In this document: positions 13,207-25,064 of the stretch, piece by piece | Position numbering within the stretch: position 1 is the stretch's first letter | Layout of the letters: every line of letters starts with the position of its first letter | NCBI GenBank assembly: GCA_030390025.1 | Contig: CM059432.1 | Coordinates: 140,060,001 to 140,124,000 of the forward strand | Source: Squalus acanthias | Taxonomy: Eukaryota | DNA length: 64,000 nt | Direction: 5' to 3' | Notes under the pieces: generated by a model | Database searches by the model: none | What the model saw: only the letters and a program-made list of their open reading frames with translations | Told to the model about the DNA's origin: nothing | Program-made: the position numbers and the translations under genes

Positions 13207-13673
13207 TCATAGCGTCATTGCGGCACAGAAGGAGGCCATTCGGCCCATCGAGTCCATGCCGGCTCTCTGTAGAGCAATCCAGTCAGTCCCATTCCCCCTG
13301 CTCTATCCCCGTAGCCCTGCAAGTTTATTTCCCTCAAGTGCCTATCCAATTCCAATGGTACATAGATTCAAAGATCTAAATAGTTTTTTCTAGCTGAAGG
13401 ATTTCAAATGCCTACAAGTGATTGCTGTGGTGTATTACTGCAATAAAACTATCAACAACGTTTCTTAATGTATCAGCCGTGGCTCAGTGGGTAGCACTCT
13501 CGCCTCTGAGTCAGAAGTTTGTGGGTTCAAGCTTCAAGCCAGAGATTGACTCACGTGATTGACAGCCCACAGATATTCAGGGCTGCAGTATTTACCTTTT
13601 TTAAAAAAAGTCTGTGGGATTCGAGAAAGCCATTTGGCCCATTAGGCCCATTCCATCGACTTACTGTTGCTTG

Positions 13674-15052
13674 GAACAGCACCAACCGCTGTACATGGCC
13701 TTCTTTGACCTCACAAAGGCCTTCGACACCATCAACCGTGAGGGATTATGGAGTGTCCTCCTCAAATTCGGCTGCCCTCAAAAGTTTGTCACCATCCTCC
13801 GCCTGCTTCACGACGACATGCAAGCTGTGATCCTGACCAACGGATCCACCACAGACCCAATTCACGTACGGACCGGGGTCAAGCAAGGCTGTGTCATCGC
13901 ACCGACGCTCTTCTCGATCTTCCTGGCTGCAATGCTCCATCTCACCCTCAGTAAGCTCCCCGCTGGAGTGGAGCTAATCTACAGAACAAACGGGAAACTG
14001 TTCAACCTCCGTCGCCTCCAGTCCAGATCCAAGGTCGTCCCATCCTCTGTCATCGAATTACAGTATGCAGACGACGCTTGCGTCTGCGCACACTCTGAGG
14101 CCGAACTCCAAACCATTGTCAACACCTTTACCGAAGCATGGGCCTTACACTAAATATCCGTAAGACAAAGGTCCTCCACCAACCTGCCCCCGCCACACAG
14201 TACTGCTCCCCGATTAGCAAAATCCATGACGAGGCCTTGGACAACGTGGACCACTTTCCATACCTCGGGAGCCTACTGTCAACAAGGGCAGATGTCGATG
14301 ACGAAGTCCAACACCGCCTTCAGTGTGCCAGTGCAGCCTTCGGTCGCCTGAGGAAGAGAGTGTTTGAAGACCAGGACCTCAAACCCAGCACCAAGCTCAT
14401 GGTCTACAGAGCAGCAGTGATACCCACACTCCTGTATGCTTCAGAGACATGGACTATGTACAGCAGGCACCTCAAAGCACTGGAGAGGTACCACCAACGC
14501 TGCCTCTGCAAGAACCTGCAAATCCATTGGCAGGATAGGCGCACCAACGTCAGTGTTCTCGCTCAGGCCAACATCCCCAGCATCGAAACTTTGACCACGC
14601 TCGATCAGCTCTGATGGATGGGTCACATCGTCCACATGCCCGATACGAGACTCCCAAAACAAGCGCTCTACTCGGAGCTCCGACACGGCACGAGAGCCCC
14701 AGGTGGGCAGAGGAAACGCTTCAAGGACACCCTCAAAGCCTCCTTGAAAAAGTGCAACATCCCCACCGACACCTGGGAATCTCTGGCCCAAGACCGCACA
14801 AAGTGGAGGAGAAGCATCCGGGAAGGCGCCGAACACCTCGAGACTCTTCATCGGGAGCAAGTGGAAGCCAAGCGCAAACAGCAGAAGGAGCGCACGTCAA
14901 CCCAAGCACCCCACCCACCCGCCCCTTCAACCACCATCTGCCCCACCTGTGACAGAGACTGTAGGTCCCGCATTGGACTCATCAGTCACCTGAGAACTCT
15001 TTTTTAGTGTGGAAGCAAGTCATCCTCGGTCCGAGGGACTGCCTAAGAAGAA
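13674..15052 (+). mobile_element. RTE-clade LINE, 5'-truncated
   Basis: FFDLTKAFD, GVKQGCVIAPTLF, QYADD, C-terminal CPTC...H zinc finger; (aag)n tail; TSD gttgcttg at 13666-13673 and 15053-15060. Confidence 0.95.
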
Positions 15053-15087
15053 GTTGCTTGAGGTAGCTCCCGTCCATCGTTGTATCA

Positions 15088-15271
15088 TTTAATATATTCA
15101 AGGCGGAGATAGACAGATATTTGAGCTACAGGGGAGTCAAGGGTTATGGGGAGCGGGCGGGAAAGTGGAGTTGAGGCCAAGATCAGATCAGCCATGATCT
15201 TATTGAATGGTGGAGCAGGCTCGAGGGGCCAAATGGCCTACTCCTGCTCCTATTTCTTATGTTCTTATGTT
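15088..15271 (+). mobile_element. CR1 3' tail fragment
   Basis: gatcagccatgatc...ctcctgctcc stem-loop and (ttatgttc)n tail. Confidence 0.85.
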
Positions 15272-16273
15272 ATCCTTTGAGTCGCAATCCTTTCAAATTT
15301 GGAAACAATCAATTCCTCATTTTGCTCTAGATATAAGCTTAGATATATTTACACTGTCCAGAAGCTTAATCAGTTGGGTTCCTTTCTGATACAATCTTAA
15401 CATTTATTGCGTCCTGGTTCCTAAGTCAACACTAAGTAAGAGATTCGCCATAAGCTCTCCATAAACTAGGTTTTTAAAGCATGCAGTTAATTCAGTTCAA
15501 AAAATTTGCAAGCATCCACTTTATGTATAATCCTCCGTCTGAAAAAATGGCCATATTTCCAGTCATTATTTTGTTTTAATAAAGACAATAATCCTTAGCC
15601 TATCTTCACAGTTCATTGACATAAGTTTGTTGCTGCCCTGTGCTCACATTCTAGCGCAGCACTGGCATTATCTGATTAAGCTATCAGAGGGAATTAATGA
15701 GTTATTATAATACTCTTGGGCTTGGACGTAAATCCACAGTTATTACTCAAAGATTACTGGGCAATCACTCCCTAATTTTTCCTCATTTCATTGCAACAGT
15801 ATACAGATATTCCAATGAAAATTGCACAAACATTCCGCAGACGATTGAATCATTTCAACCATCAAAGGATCATTGAATGTGGGACCGTCTACAAAGGTTG
15901 AGCTAAGGAGCAGTAAAGAAATCGGAATGAAAGTGCAGTGGGAGTTTAATAGAAAACGAAAATTTGAAGCATCATCTGTGCCAGAAAGGAAATGACTGGA
16001 CAACACAGAAACTGAATGAAAATGGATGGAACTTACAGACAGACTAAATAAGATCAAAATCCAGGAAACTGGTTGGGAAATGGGTGGAAGTCCCAGAACT
16101 GATGCTGATATTACATTGGAACTTTAGAAAAAAAAAAGTAACGAATCTGATAATCTAGTTTCGGAATGTCTTTAACAGGATGGTGTTTATCATGTGGAAT
16201 CTTGGATGTGAACAATTCCCTTCACTGTCGTCCCACCACAGAGCTGCGGCCCCAAAGAACATCTTTTCTATTT

Positions 16274-16540
16274 AATGTTTCAGGTCGAAGACCTTTTGTC
16301 AGAACTGGAAAAAAAAGCAGGAAATGAAATAGATTTTAAAGCAAGTTTAGGGCTGGGAAAAGGAGGAGGGGATGAAAGAACAAAAGGGAAGGTCAGTGAT
16401 AGGATAGAAAGCAGGAGCGATGAAGAGACATTGAAACGTTAACTCTGTTTCTCTCTCCACGGATGCTGCCTGGCCTGCTGAGATTTTCCAGCGTTTTCTG
16501 TTGTTGTTTCGGATTTCCAGCATCCGCAGTATTTTGCTAT
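16274..16540. mobile_element. Penelope-like 3' UTR fragments in inverted arrangement with a degenerate hammerhead
   Basis: Minus strand reads ctgacaaaaggtcttcgacctgaaac; plus-strand tail gaaacgttaactctgtttctctctccacggatgctgcc...gatttccagcatccgcagtatttt. Confidence 0.7.
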
Positions 16541-16929
16541 CGTATCTTTTCTATTTGTATATATGAGCAGACGGAAAGACCTGGGAGGGTAGAAATTGGA
16601 GCACGCCCATTTTTTGGGGGGTTGGGTGGGGGGTGGGGGGGGGTGCGCAGGGTACAATCGGGATCGGTAGCCGGGCGGGGAGCAGTCCCTGTTCCTTTAA
16701 TGTGAGGTCGTTGGGGGGGAGGGGTCACTCCCGTTCCTCCTGGCTCCACATTCAGCTAAGTGTGGGGACCTTCCTGCTGGTTAGCACCACGTTGTGCTGA
16801 GTGAGTTCAAGCGTGTGGCGAGTGAAGCCCTAGGACGTTAGAAAACCGGAAACAGGTCCGGCAAGAAACGCAGGATCGTAATTTACATAAATGGTTTCAA
16901 TGTTGTCAACATGCGCTCCTGCCGCCATG

Positions 16930-17400
16930 ACAACCTCCTTTCCCACTCCATATAAGTCTCTGCTTACACAACTTCAACCAACTACCTAGCCAGTGTAATA
17001 GCTGTCCTATAATTACAATCGTTCCAGTTATTTTGATCTGTGGTACTTTATCAAACGCTTTTTGGAAGTTGAGGTATGCAACAGTAATATTTTCAACAAC
17101 TATTCTGGCCACTTTTTCAAAGAACTCAGTCAGGTTAGGGAGGCAGGGACCTCCGTTTCCTAAAACCACGCTGGGAATACTAAATAACCACGGACTTCTC
17201 CAAAATCACATCACCTAAAAAGCTTTCTAACAGCTTCCTTATAACGGGAACTATGAATTCCAGTGTATGATTTCTTCCTCCTCTTAAATAACGTGACCGC
17301 ATGATTCTTCCTCCAATCCGTGGAAAACAACTTGGACCTCAGCAGACGACTGAAATAGGAGCCACTGGACACATACAATCTCCCCTATTTCCCTTACCAT
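16930..17400 (-). mobile_element. Old CR1 RT fragment
   Basis: CLPNLTEFFE...YLNFQKAFDKVP. Confidence 0.75.
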
Positions 17401-17437
17401 TCTGGGCTAATTCATTGGGTCCTTTAAGTATGTTAGT

Positions 17438-17900
17438 GTGTCAGCCCTGGCTCAGTGGGTAGCGCTCTCACATCTGAGTCAGAAGGTTGTGGGTTCCAGT
17501 CTCACTCCAGAGACTTGAGCACAAAAATCTAGGCAGACGCTCCAGCGCAGTGCTGAGGGAGTGCTGCACTGTTGGAGGTGCCGTCTTTCGGATGAGACGT
17601 TAAACTGAGGCCCCGTCTGCCCTCTCAGGTGGATGTAAAAGATCCCGTGGCACGATTTCGAAGGAGAGCAGGGGGAGTTCTAACTGGTGTCCTGGGGCCA
17701 GTATTTATCCCTCAACCAACATCACTAAAACAAATGATCTGGTCACATTATCACATTGCTGTTTGTGGGATCTTGCTGTGTGCAAATTGACTGACGTGTT
17801 TCCTACATTGCAACAGTGACTACACTTCAAAATAGCTGTAAAGCGCCGTGGGACGTCGTGACATCGTGAAAGGCGTATATATAAATGCAAGGTCTTTCTT
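17438..17900 (+). mobile_element. SacSINE1-like Deu-domain SINE, full length
   Basis: A box tggctcagtggg, B box ggttccagtctc, Deu core ttgctgtttgtgggatcttgctgtgtgcaaattg, 3' tail resembling the L2 3' end. Confidence 0.92.
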
Positions 17901-18745
17901 TAATCTCGACTAAAACCATTTCTGTAGTTGGGTCAAAGGAAGCAATTATAGCTGCGCGCCTTCTCTGTAGTACTGGAATTGTGGCATCATCTTCAGAAGT
18001 GAGAACTGTAATTTAAATGTAAGGTATCTATTTAGCTCATCAGCCATTTCTTCACCTTGATACCGAGGGCTAAAAATTCGGATGTTTTATGCCACCGCTT
18101 TTTCGCCAGCTGGTGGCTAGTCCTGCGGCGTCCGCCATTTTCCCAGGGCTGGCAGCGCTGCCGGTAAAAGCGGTGGCCGCGGAAATTTAAATTAGGGAGA
18201 GGGCGACGTCTGCCCGCCAACTTAACGTCACCTCGGCGAACTTGGACCTTAGCACTGAGTTAAGCGCTGGGTCCTAAGCTCGCCATGAAAACCGAGCGTT
18301 TAGCAGACTCACAGAGGCGCTGTCAGCACCTCTTAAAGGGACACTCACATCTTTCAGGTAAGTTTGCATTTAAACTTTTGGACAGGATTTTTTAATTTTA
18401 TTGTAGTAGTGGCTTGCTGTTAAAATGTTATACATGTTAAAAGTTTTTTTAAGTGTGCAGGGAGTGCTGCTGGTGGCTTGCAAGGCCTCGGATGGTAAAG
18501 GAAGGCCTCTGAGAAGACAGAAAATGCTGGAAATACTCAGCAGGTCAGGCAGCATCCGTGGAGAGAGAAACAGAGTTCACGTCTCAGGCCGAGATGCTGC
18601 CTGATCTGCTGAGTATTTCCAGCATTTTCTGCTTTTATTTCAGATTTCCAGCATCCGCTCGCAGAGGGAAGAGGAAGACGCAGAAGAGGAAAAAACAGAA
18701 GAGGAAGACGCAGAAGAGGAAGACGCAGAAGGAAGGATGCAACCC

Positions 18746-19447
18746 TTGCTGCAGTTATATAAGGTATTGGTGAGACCGCATCTGGAATACTGCATACAGT
18801 TTTGGTGTCCATACTTAAGAAAAGACATACTTGCTCTCGAGGCAGTACAAAGAAGGTTCACTCGGTTAATCCCCGGGATGAGGGGGTGGACATACGAGGA
18901 GAGGTTGAGTAGATTGGGACTCTACTCATTGGAGTTCAGAAGAATGAGAGGCGATCTTATTGAAACATATAAGATTGTGAAGGGGCTTGATCGGGTGGAT
19001 GCGGTAAGGATGTTCCCAAGGATGGGTGAAACTAGAACTAGGGGGCATAATCTTAGAATAAGGGGCTGCTCTTTCAAAACTGAGATGAGGAGAAACTTCT
19101 TCACTCAGAGGGTAGTAGGTCTGTGGAATTTGCTGCCCCAGGAAGCTGTGGAAGCTACATCATTAAATAAATTTAAAACAGAAATAGACAGTTTCCTAGA
19201 AGTAAAAGGAATTAGGGGTTACGGGGAGCGGGCAGGAAATTGGACATGAGGCTGAATTCGGATCGGTCGAGGCCCTGTGGGTGGCATAGCGGGCCCAAGG
19301 GCTGAGTGGCCGGGTCCTGCTCCTACTTCTTGTGTTCTTTAGATTTGAGGTGAGGATCAGATCAGCCATGATCTTATTGAATGGCGGAGCAGGCTCGAAG
19401 GGCCGATTGGCCTACTCCTGCTCCTATTTCTTATGTTCTTATGTTCT
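18746..19447 (+). mobile_element. CR1 LINE 3' fragment with double 3' tail
   Basis: Open ORF2 end ([13 protein letters not shown]...). TSD aaccc at 18741-18745 and 19448-19452, confirmed by the uninterrupted site in the paralog near 63900. Confidence 0.95.
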
Positions 19448-19669
19448 AACCCAGACAGCCCCTTTCTGGCCGGGATATCCGGGATGGAATCATCTGCCTG
19501 CGGTACCAGTGACCACAACCCCAATTCCCCTTTCAACATTTGTCCCACACCTTACCTTCCCTCTGTTACTGACCATCACAGGGTCCTCTTGGCCACAATA
19601 CTGAAATAAAAGCCACCACAAAGTAAACTTTCCAATCCAACTTTATGCATCTATCCATCCAATATGACA

Positions 19670-20510
19670 TCAAGAAATCATCTCATCATCCTTATGCATT
19701 CTCTTAGTGACTGTCTTGTGTGTGCCTTTGCCTATCCTACTGATGTCATGTAGTGTTACCCCAGTGGCTGCAGCATGGCTGGTGGAAGGCTGCTGACTTT
19801 CAGTGGGGACACTGCAAATGCCCTTGCTGGTCGACCTTGAGGAGCTGGTGGCTGGGAGTGTCCAATCAAGTGACTGTGTGTCTTCTTCTTCACTCTCCTC
19901 TTCCTCTTGTTGGTCAACCACTGGCCGGGCAGGCTGCATTTCTTGTATGAAATGAGGAAGGCACAAGGGTTGGAATTGTGGTGAGGGGAGGGCAGGAAAG
20001 CAAGAGGTGCATGCCAGAAGGAGCTCTTTCTCAATACCAGCATCTTGTATCCTTTCAGCCCCGCCGCTGGCCAAGGGCACAGCCATACCCCTGCCAAGAA
20101 TGGCCTGCACCGTCTCCTCCAAGGCGGTGAGGTGTAGCTAGGAATGGGAGGTGTGTCTCGTGTTTGGTACAGATTGTTGGTAGGTGAGTGATTGGTGGGG
20201 TGGGGGGGTGGAGTTGTGCATTGAGCAGTGTGTGAGGCTAGTGGTGCAGTTGGTAGGAGACGGCTTTTGAAGATGCATTCACTGACCTTGACCAGTGGTC
20301 TGAGGTCATGAAGCTTCTTTGGGCACTGGAGCCAGGTCCTGGGGGCAACACTGCTGGCAGTGACGGCCTCTGTGATCTGGTCCCACATCGTTCTTTCTGG
20401 AGAGGCCTCCTGGCCCCTGTGAGTAGAGGCCCTGTCTTGCAGTGTTGACCCCCTGCACAAAGCTGGAGTGCTGCGTGCGAGACCGTGGGAGCCCGTTCCC
20501 TGGCTTACTG
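19670..20510 (-). pseudogene. Harbinger-type Myb/SANT-like DNA-binding protein, decayed and probably intron-containing
   Basis: MWDQITEAVTASSVAPRTWLQCPKKLHDL fits the W...R(T/S)..QC.KK..DL Myb/SANT-like motif; GTCAGT donor-like site after the motif; acidic C-terminal part. Confidence 0.75.
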
Positions 20511-22410
20511 AAGCACTTTTCCCATTTTGAGGAAGGGAATTCAGCTTTAAGAGCTGAAGACTCCCATTTGGGAATTTTTTTTCAAATGTTAATTTTTTTT
20601 AAAAAGGCAGTAGAGCTGTAAGGGCAGAAAACTGCATTTTTTTTTTACTTCATTTTTATTTTTATCATTTCAGAAGCCATTGCCCTTTTAAACAAACGAC
20701 AATGCATTGCCCTTTCAATATCCCACAATGCCTAGCGAAATCATTGCCTCGCTTCCAGAGGCTGTTGGAAGATGCAACGCTGTTTCTGGACACCACATTC
20801 GGGACTGATGCTGGGACTAACGCCACCAGGGGAGCGTTACACCGTGGGTTTAGCGCTGGGCTACTAATCAGTAGTCCCCAGCGTGAATGTTTCAGTCCTA
20901 CCTGCACCACCAATTTTGGCGGCCGTTAACCTGTGGCCGCGGTGGCACCGGCAGCTTTTGTGGCGCATTCAAATTTTTAGGCGCCGAGGGGGCCTAGAAA
21001 CTGGTCGCGCCCTAAGGATCCAATATGGCAGGTGGCGAGCATGTGCTCATTCTGCACATGAGGAGTGCTGCCCGCTATATTGGTAAAGGCTCCTCTGTAG
21101 CCGTCCAACTGTTAATCTCTTTACATGTGCAAATAACAGGCCTCCCACCTGTTTGAGACCCCCCATTGCGACATTCGATGGCGTATGCTGCATTATGTTC
21201 TTTCAGGCACTCATAGGGACCTCTGACCACTGCCCCCGCCTGTCTTCTCAAGATGGGATCACTGGAGGATGTTAAGATGCAGCAGCCCCAGCTGATCTTT
21301 TTTTCCTCCACCAATACCAGTTTGCAGTGCCCTCAACTGTCATCCTCAGATCCGTTAACTCAGCACAGACCAAGATTCGAACCTGTCACCCTCCTGGTCT
21401 GTGCGGCTTCATTCACTCCCAGGGAAAGAAACTTAGCAACTGAGCCATGGCGAAAATCCGTGGCTTTCACCTTTGTAGACTTTTGTCTGTTTGAGTTTTA
21501 CTGTCAAAGTTTGTAACTTTCCTTATGACTGACCAGGATGTTTTCCTTGCAGTTCCATGTGACGTAACAGAGAGACGGCCTGTTTTGAACATCATGATGG
21601 TAAACCAAACTTGATCGTAACGTCAGCTAATTTAATTGCGAAATAATACGTAATATTTACAGAGGTATCGCACTCCTATACTTAATATGAGCCGAGACAT
21701 TACAGTGTGCGATGTTAGCGTACAAACATTTAACCCCGCTGTTAAACCAGAGGACAAAGTAATGACAGCACTGTGGGAGTACCCTCACCACACGGACTGC
21801 AGCGGTTCAAGAAGGCGGCTCATCACCACCTTCTCAAGGGCAACTAGGAACGAGCAATAAATGCTGGCCTTGCCAGCGACGCCCACATCCCGTGAATGAA
21901 TATTAAAAAAAATATGTTGGGAATTTATACACGCACTGCACACAGTCATTTCCAGTTGTTGGTGCCTAATTTGTTAGAGGGGATTATGCACTGTAATTAG
22001 CAACAGGATGGAAAAAAACATATCTTGGCGCAAACAAAATCTCGACACTGCGGGTACTGAGATTTCGTCAGTGCACTAAGGAAAGATAAAATCAGTTCCA
22101 TATTTTTATCGCAAATCATTTTGAGTTCAATGAAATCATTTCTTAGTTAACATTCCTGTGGTTGAACCATTGTGGGTTGGATAATTCATTTTTATGCACA
22201 ATTCTTCTATGAAATATTACTGTCAGAAACCATTTAGGTCGATTCTAGGAAAACCAACATATTACTAATCCCTTGTGGTTCGAGGTAAAAGTGGTGAAAT
22301 AAGTAGCAAATGGATTTCAATGAAATTAGAGAAATCAAAACTAGAAAACTAATTGACATTGTACTTTTCTAAATCATTAGTGTATCACTGTTAAAACAGA
22401 CGACTTGTAG

Positions 22411-24430
22411 AATTGTATTCCACCACAATCTGTAACCTCATGGCCCGGCATGTCCCTCACTCTACCATTACCATCAAGCCAGGGGACCAACCCTGGTTCA
22501 ATGAAGAGTGCTGAAGAGCATGCCAGGAGCAGCACCAGGCGTACCTAAAAATGAGGTGCCAACCTGGGGAAGCTGCAACACAGGACTACATGCATGCTAA
22601 AAAGCGGATCAGCATGCTATAGACAGGGCTAAATGATCCCACAATCAACGGATCAGATCAAAGCTCTGCAATCCTGCCACATCCAGTCGTGAATGGTGGT
22701 GGACCATTAAACAACTAACAGGAAGAGGCGGCTTCATGAACATCCCCATCCTCAATGATGGCAGAGCCCAGCACGCGAGTGCAAAAGATAAGACTGAAGC
22801 ATCCAGAAGTACCGAGTGGATGATCCATCTCGACCTCCTCCTGAGGTCCCCACCATCACAGAAGCCAGTCTTCAGCCAATTCGATTCACTCCACGTGATA
22901 TCAAGAAACGGCTGAGCGCACTGGATACAGCAAAGGCTGTGGGCCCCGACAACATCCCGGCTATCGTGCTGAAGACTTGTGCTCCAGAACTAGCTGTGCC
23001 TCTAGCCAAGCTGTTCCAGTATATCTACAACACTGGCATCTACCCGACAATGTGGAAAACTGCCCATGTATGTCCTGTCCACAAAAAGCAGGACAAATTA
23101 AATCTGACCAATTACCGCCCCATCAATCATCAGCAAAGTGATGGAAGGTGTCGTTGGCAGTGCTATCTAGCGGTACTCAGGGCCACTCGGCTCCAGACCT
23201 CATTACAGCCTTGGTCCAAACATGTACAAAAGAGCTGAATTCTAGAGGTGAGGTGAGAGTGACTGCCCTTGACATCAAGGCAGCATTTGACCGAGTGTGG
23301 CATCAAGGAGCCCTAGTAAAACTGAAGTCAATGGGAATCAGGGGGCAAGCTCTCCAATGGTTGGAGTCATACCTAGCACAAAGGAAGATGGTTTTTGTTG
23401 TCAGAGGTCAATTATCTCAGCCCCAGTACATCGCTGCAGGAGTTCCTCAGGGCAGTTTCCTAGGCCCAACCATCTTCCACTGCTTCATCAATGAGTTTCC
23501 CTCCATCTTAAGGTCAGAAGTGGGGATGTTCGCTGATGATTGCACAGTGTTCAGTTCCATTTGCAACTCCTCAGATAATGAAGCAGTCCATGCCCGCATG
23601 CAACAAGACCTGGACGACATTCAGGCTTTGGCTGATAAGTGGCAAGTAACATTCGCGCCACACAAGTACCAGGCAATGACTATCTCCAACAAGAGATAGT
23701 CCAACCACCGCCCCATGACATTCAACGACATCAACATCGCCAAATCCCCCACCATCAACATCCTGGGGGTCATCATTGACCAAAAATTTAACTGGACCAG
23801 CCACGTAAATATTGTGGCTACAAGAGCAGGTCAGAGGCTAGGTATTCTGCGGCGAGTATCTCACCTCCTGACAGCCAAAAGCCTTTCCACCATCTACAAG
23901 GTACAAGTCAGCAGTGTGATGGAATACTCTCCACTTGCCTGGATGAGTGCAGCTCCAACAACACTCAAGAAGCTCGACACCATCCAGAACAAAGCAGCCC
24001 GCTTGATTGGCACCCCATCCACCAACTTGAACATTCACTCCCTCCACCACCGGCACACCTTGGCTGCAGTGTGTACCATCTACAAGATGTACTGCAGCAA
24101 CTCGCCAAGGCTTCTTCGACAGCATCTCCCAAACCCGCGACCTCTACCACCTAGAAGGATAAGGGCAGCAGGTGCATGGGAACACCATCACCTCCAAGTT
24201 CCCCTCCAAGTCACACACCATCCTGACTTGGAAATATATCGCCGTTCCTTCATCGTTGCTGGGTCAAAATCCTGGAACTTCCTGCCTAACAGCACTGTGG
24301 GAGTACCTTCACCAATGGACTGCAGCGGTTCAAGAAGGCGGCTCACCACCACCTTCTCAAGGGCAATTAGGGATGGACAATAAATGCCAGCCTTACCAGC
24401 GATGCCCACATCACAGGAACGAATAACAAA
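22411..24430 (+). mobile_element. LINE family B, 5'-truncated and frameshifted
   Basis: KAVGPDNIP, ALDIKAAFDRVWH, GVPQGS, MFADD, MEYSPLAW; tail aataaatgccagccttaccagcgatgcccacatc. Confidence 0.92.
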
Positions 24431-25064
24431 AAAACTGAAATTTTCAAAGGGCAATTATGACAAAACAACGAAACTTGCTATTATTATTTTGCATAGGTTT
24501 CAATTTTTATCAGCATCAATTACTTGCTGACTCATTTTAAAACTGGATATTGAAATGATTCTGAAACCTAAGCTAATTCGGAAATGAAACTTTGTCAACG
24601 ATGTCCCAGAAGTTAACACTTACTGGGGTAGCTGTTGACTTTGGTCGATAGTGTAAACCAGCCGATAGCGAGTCGGCAGCCTGGTTTACATCTCTCCCCA
24701 TTTTTATTTCCATTGAAGTCAAGATCGACCCCCCTATATTGTATGGCAAAGTGTTAGTTTTAACCCATGGATTACTGTTTGCAATATTATCACATGAACA
24801 TTTAATGCATTTGTATGACATTTCCTTGTCTGCCATTGGAAACATTTGTCAATTAAAAATAAAATATTTATGTCTCTGCCAAAATAGCAGACAGAGGAAT
24901 TCCACACGAAGATGTTAAGTGCTTGCCCGTTAATATTGCAAATACTAATGTCAAGGCTTTTAGCTCACAAATGTTCAAGATATCTTCTATGATTAATAGG
25001 GCAATTTCTGAATTATTTCTGATGGACAACTATTAATATAGAGACCAATGAAAAGGATTATTAA

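Larger units (their letters stand above)
18067..20983 (-). mobile_element. Non-autonomous Harbinger/PIF-derived element (Myb/SANT gene, transposase C-terminal stub, Penelope tail), interrupted by CR1
   Basis: Imperfect TIRs gggctaaaaatt / aaatttttaggcg, ccga on both flanks; homologous to 62398-64000. Confidence 0.8.

Noticed and set aside
17438..17520. tRNA genes at SINE heads (also 13472-13555 and 51410-51480)
   Set aside because: A/B boxes run straight into SINE body sequence, and no complete cloverleaf or terminator is evident.
18662..18735. gaagaggaagacgca repeats as an independent satellite
   Set aside because: They encode the acidic stretch of the putative Harbinger transposase stub and have a counterpart at 63915-63970.
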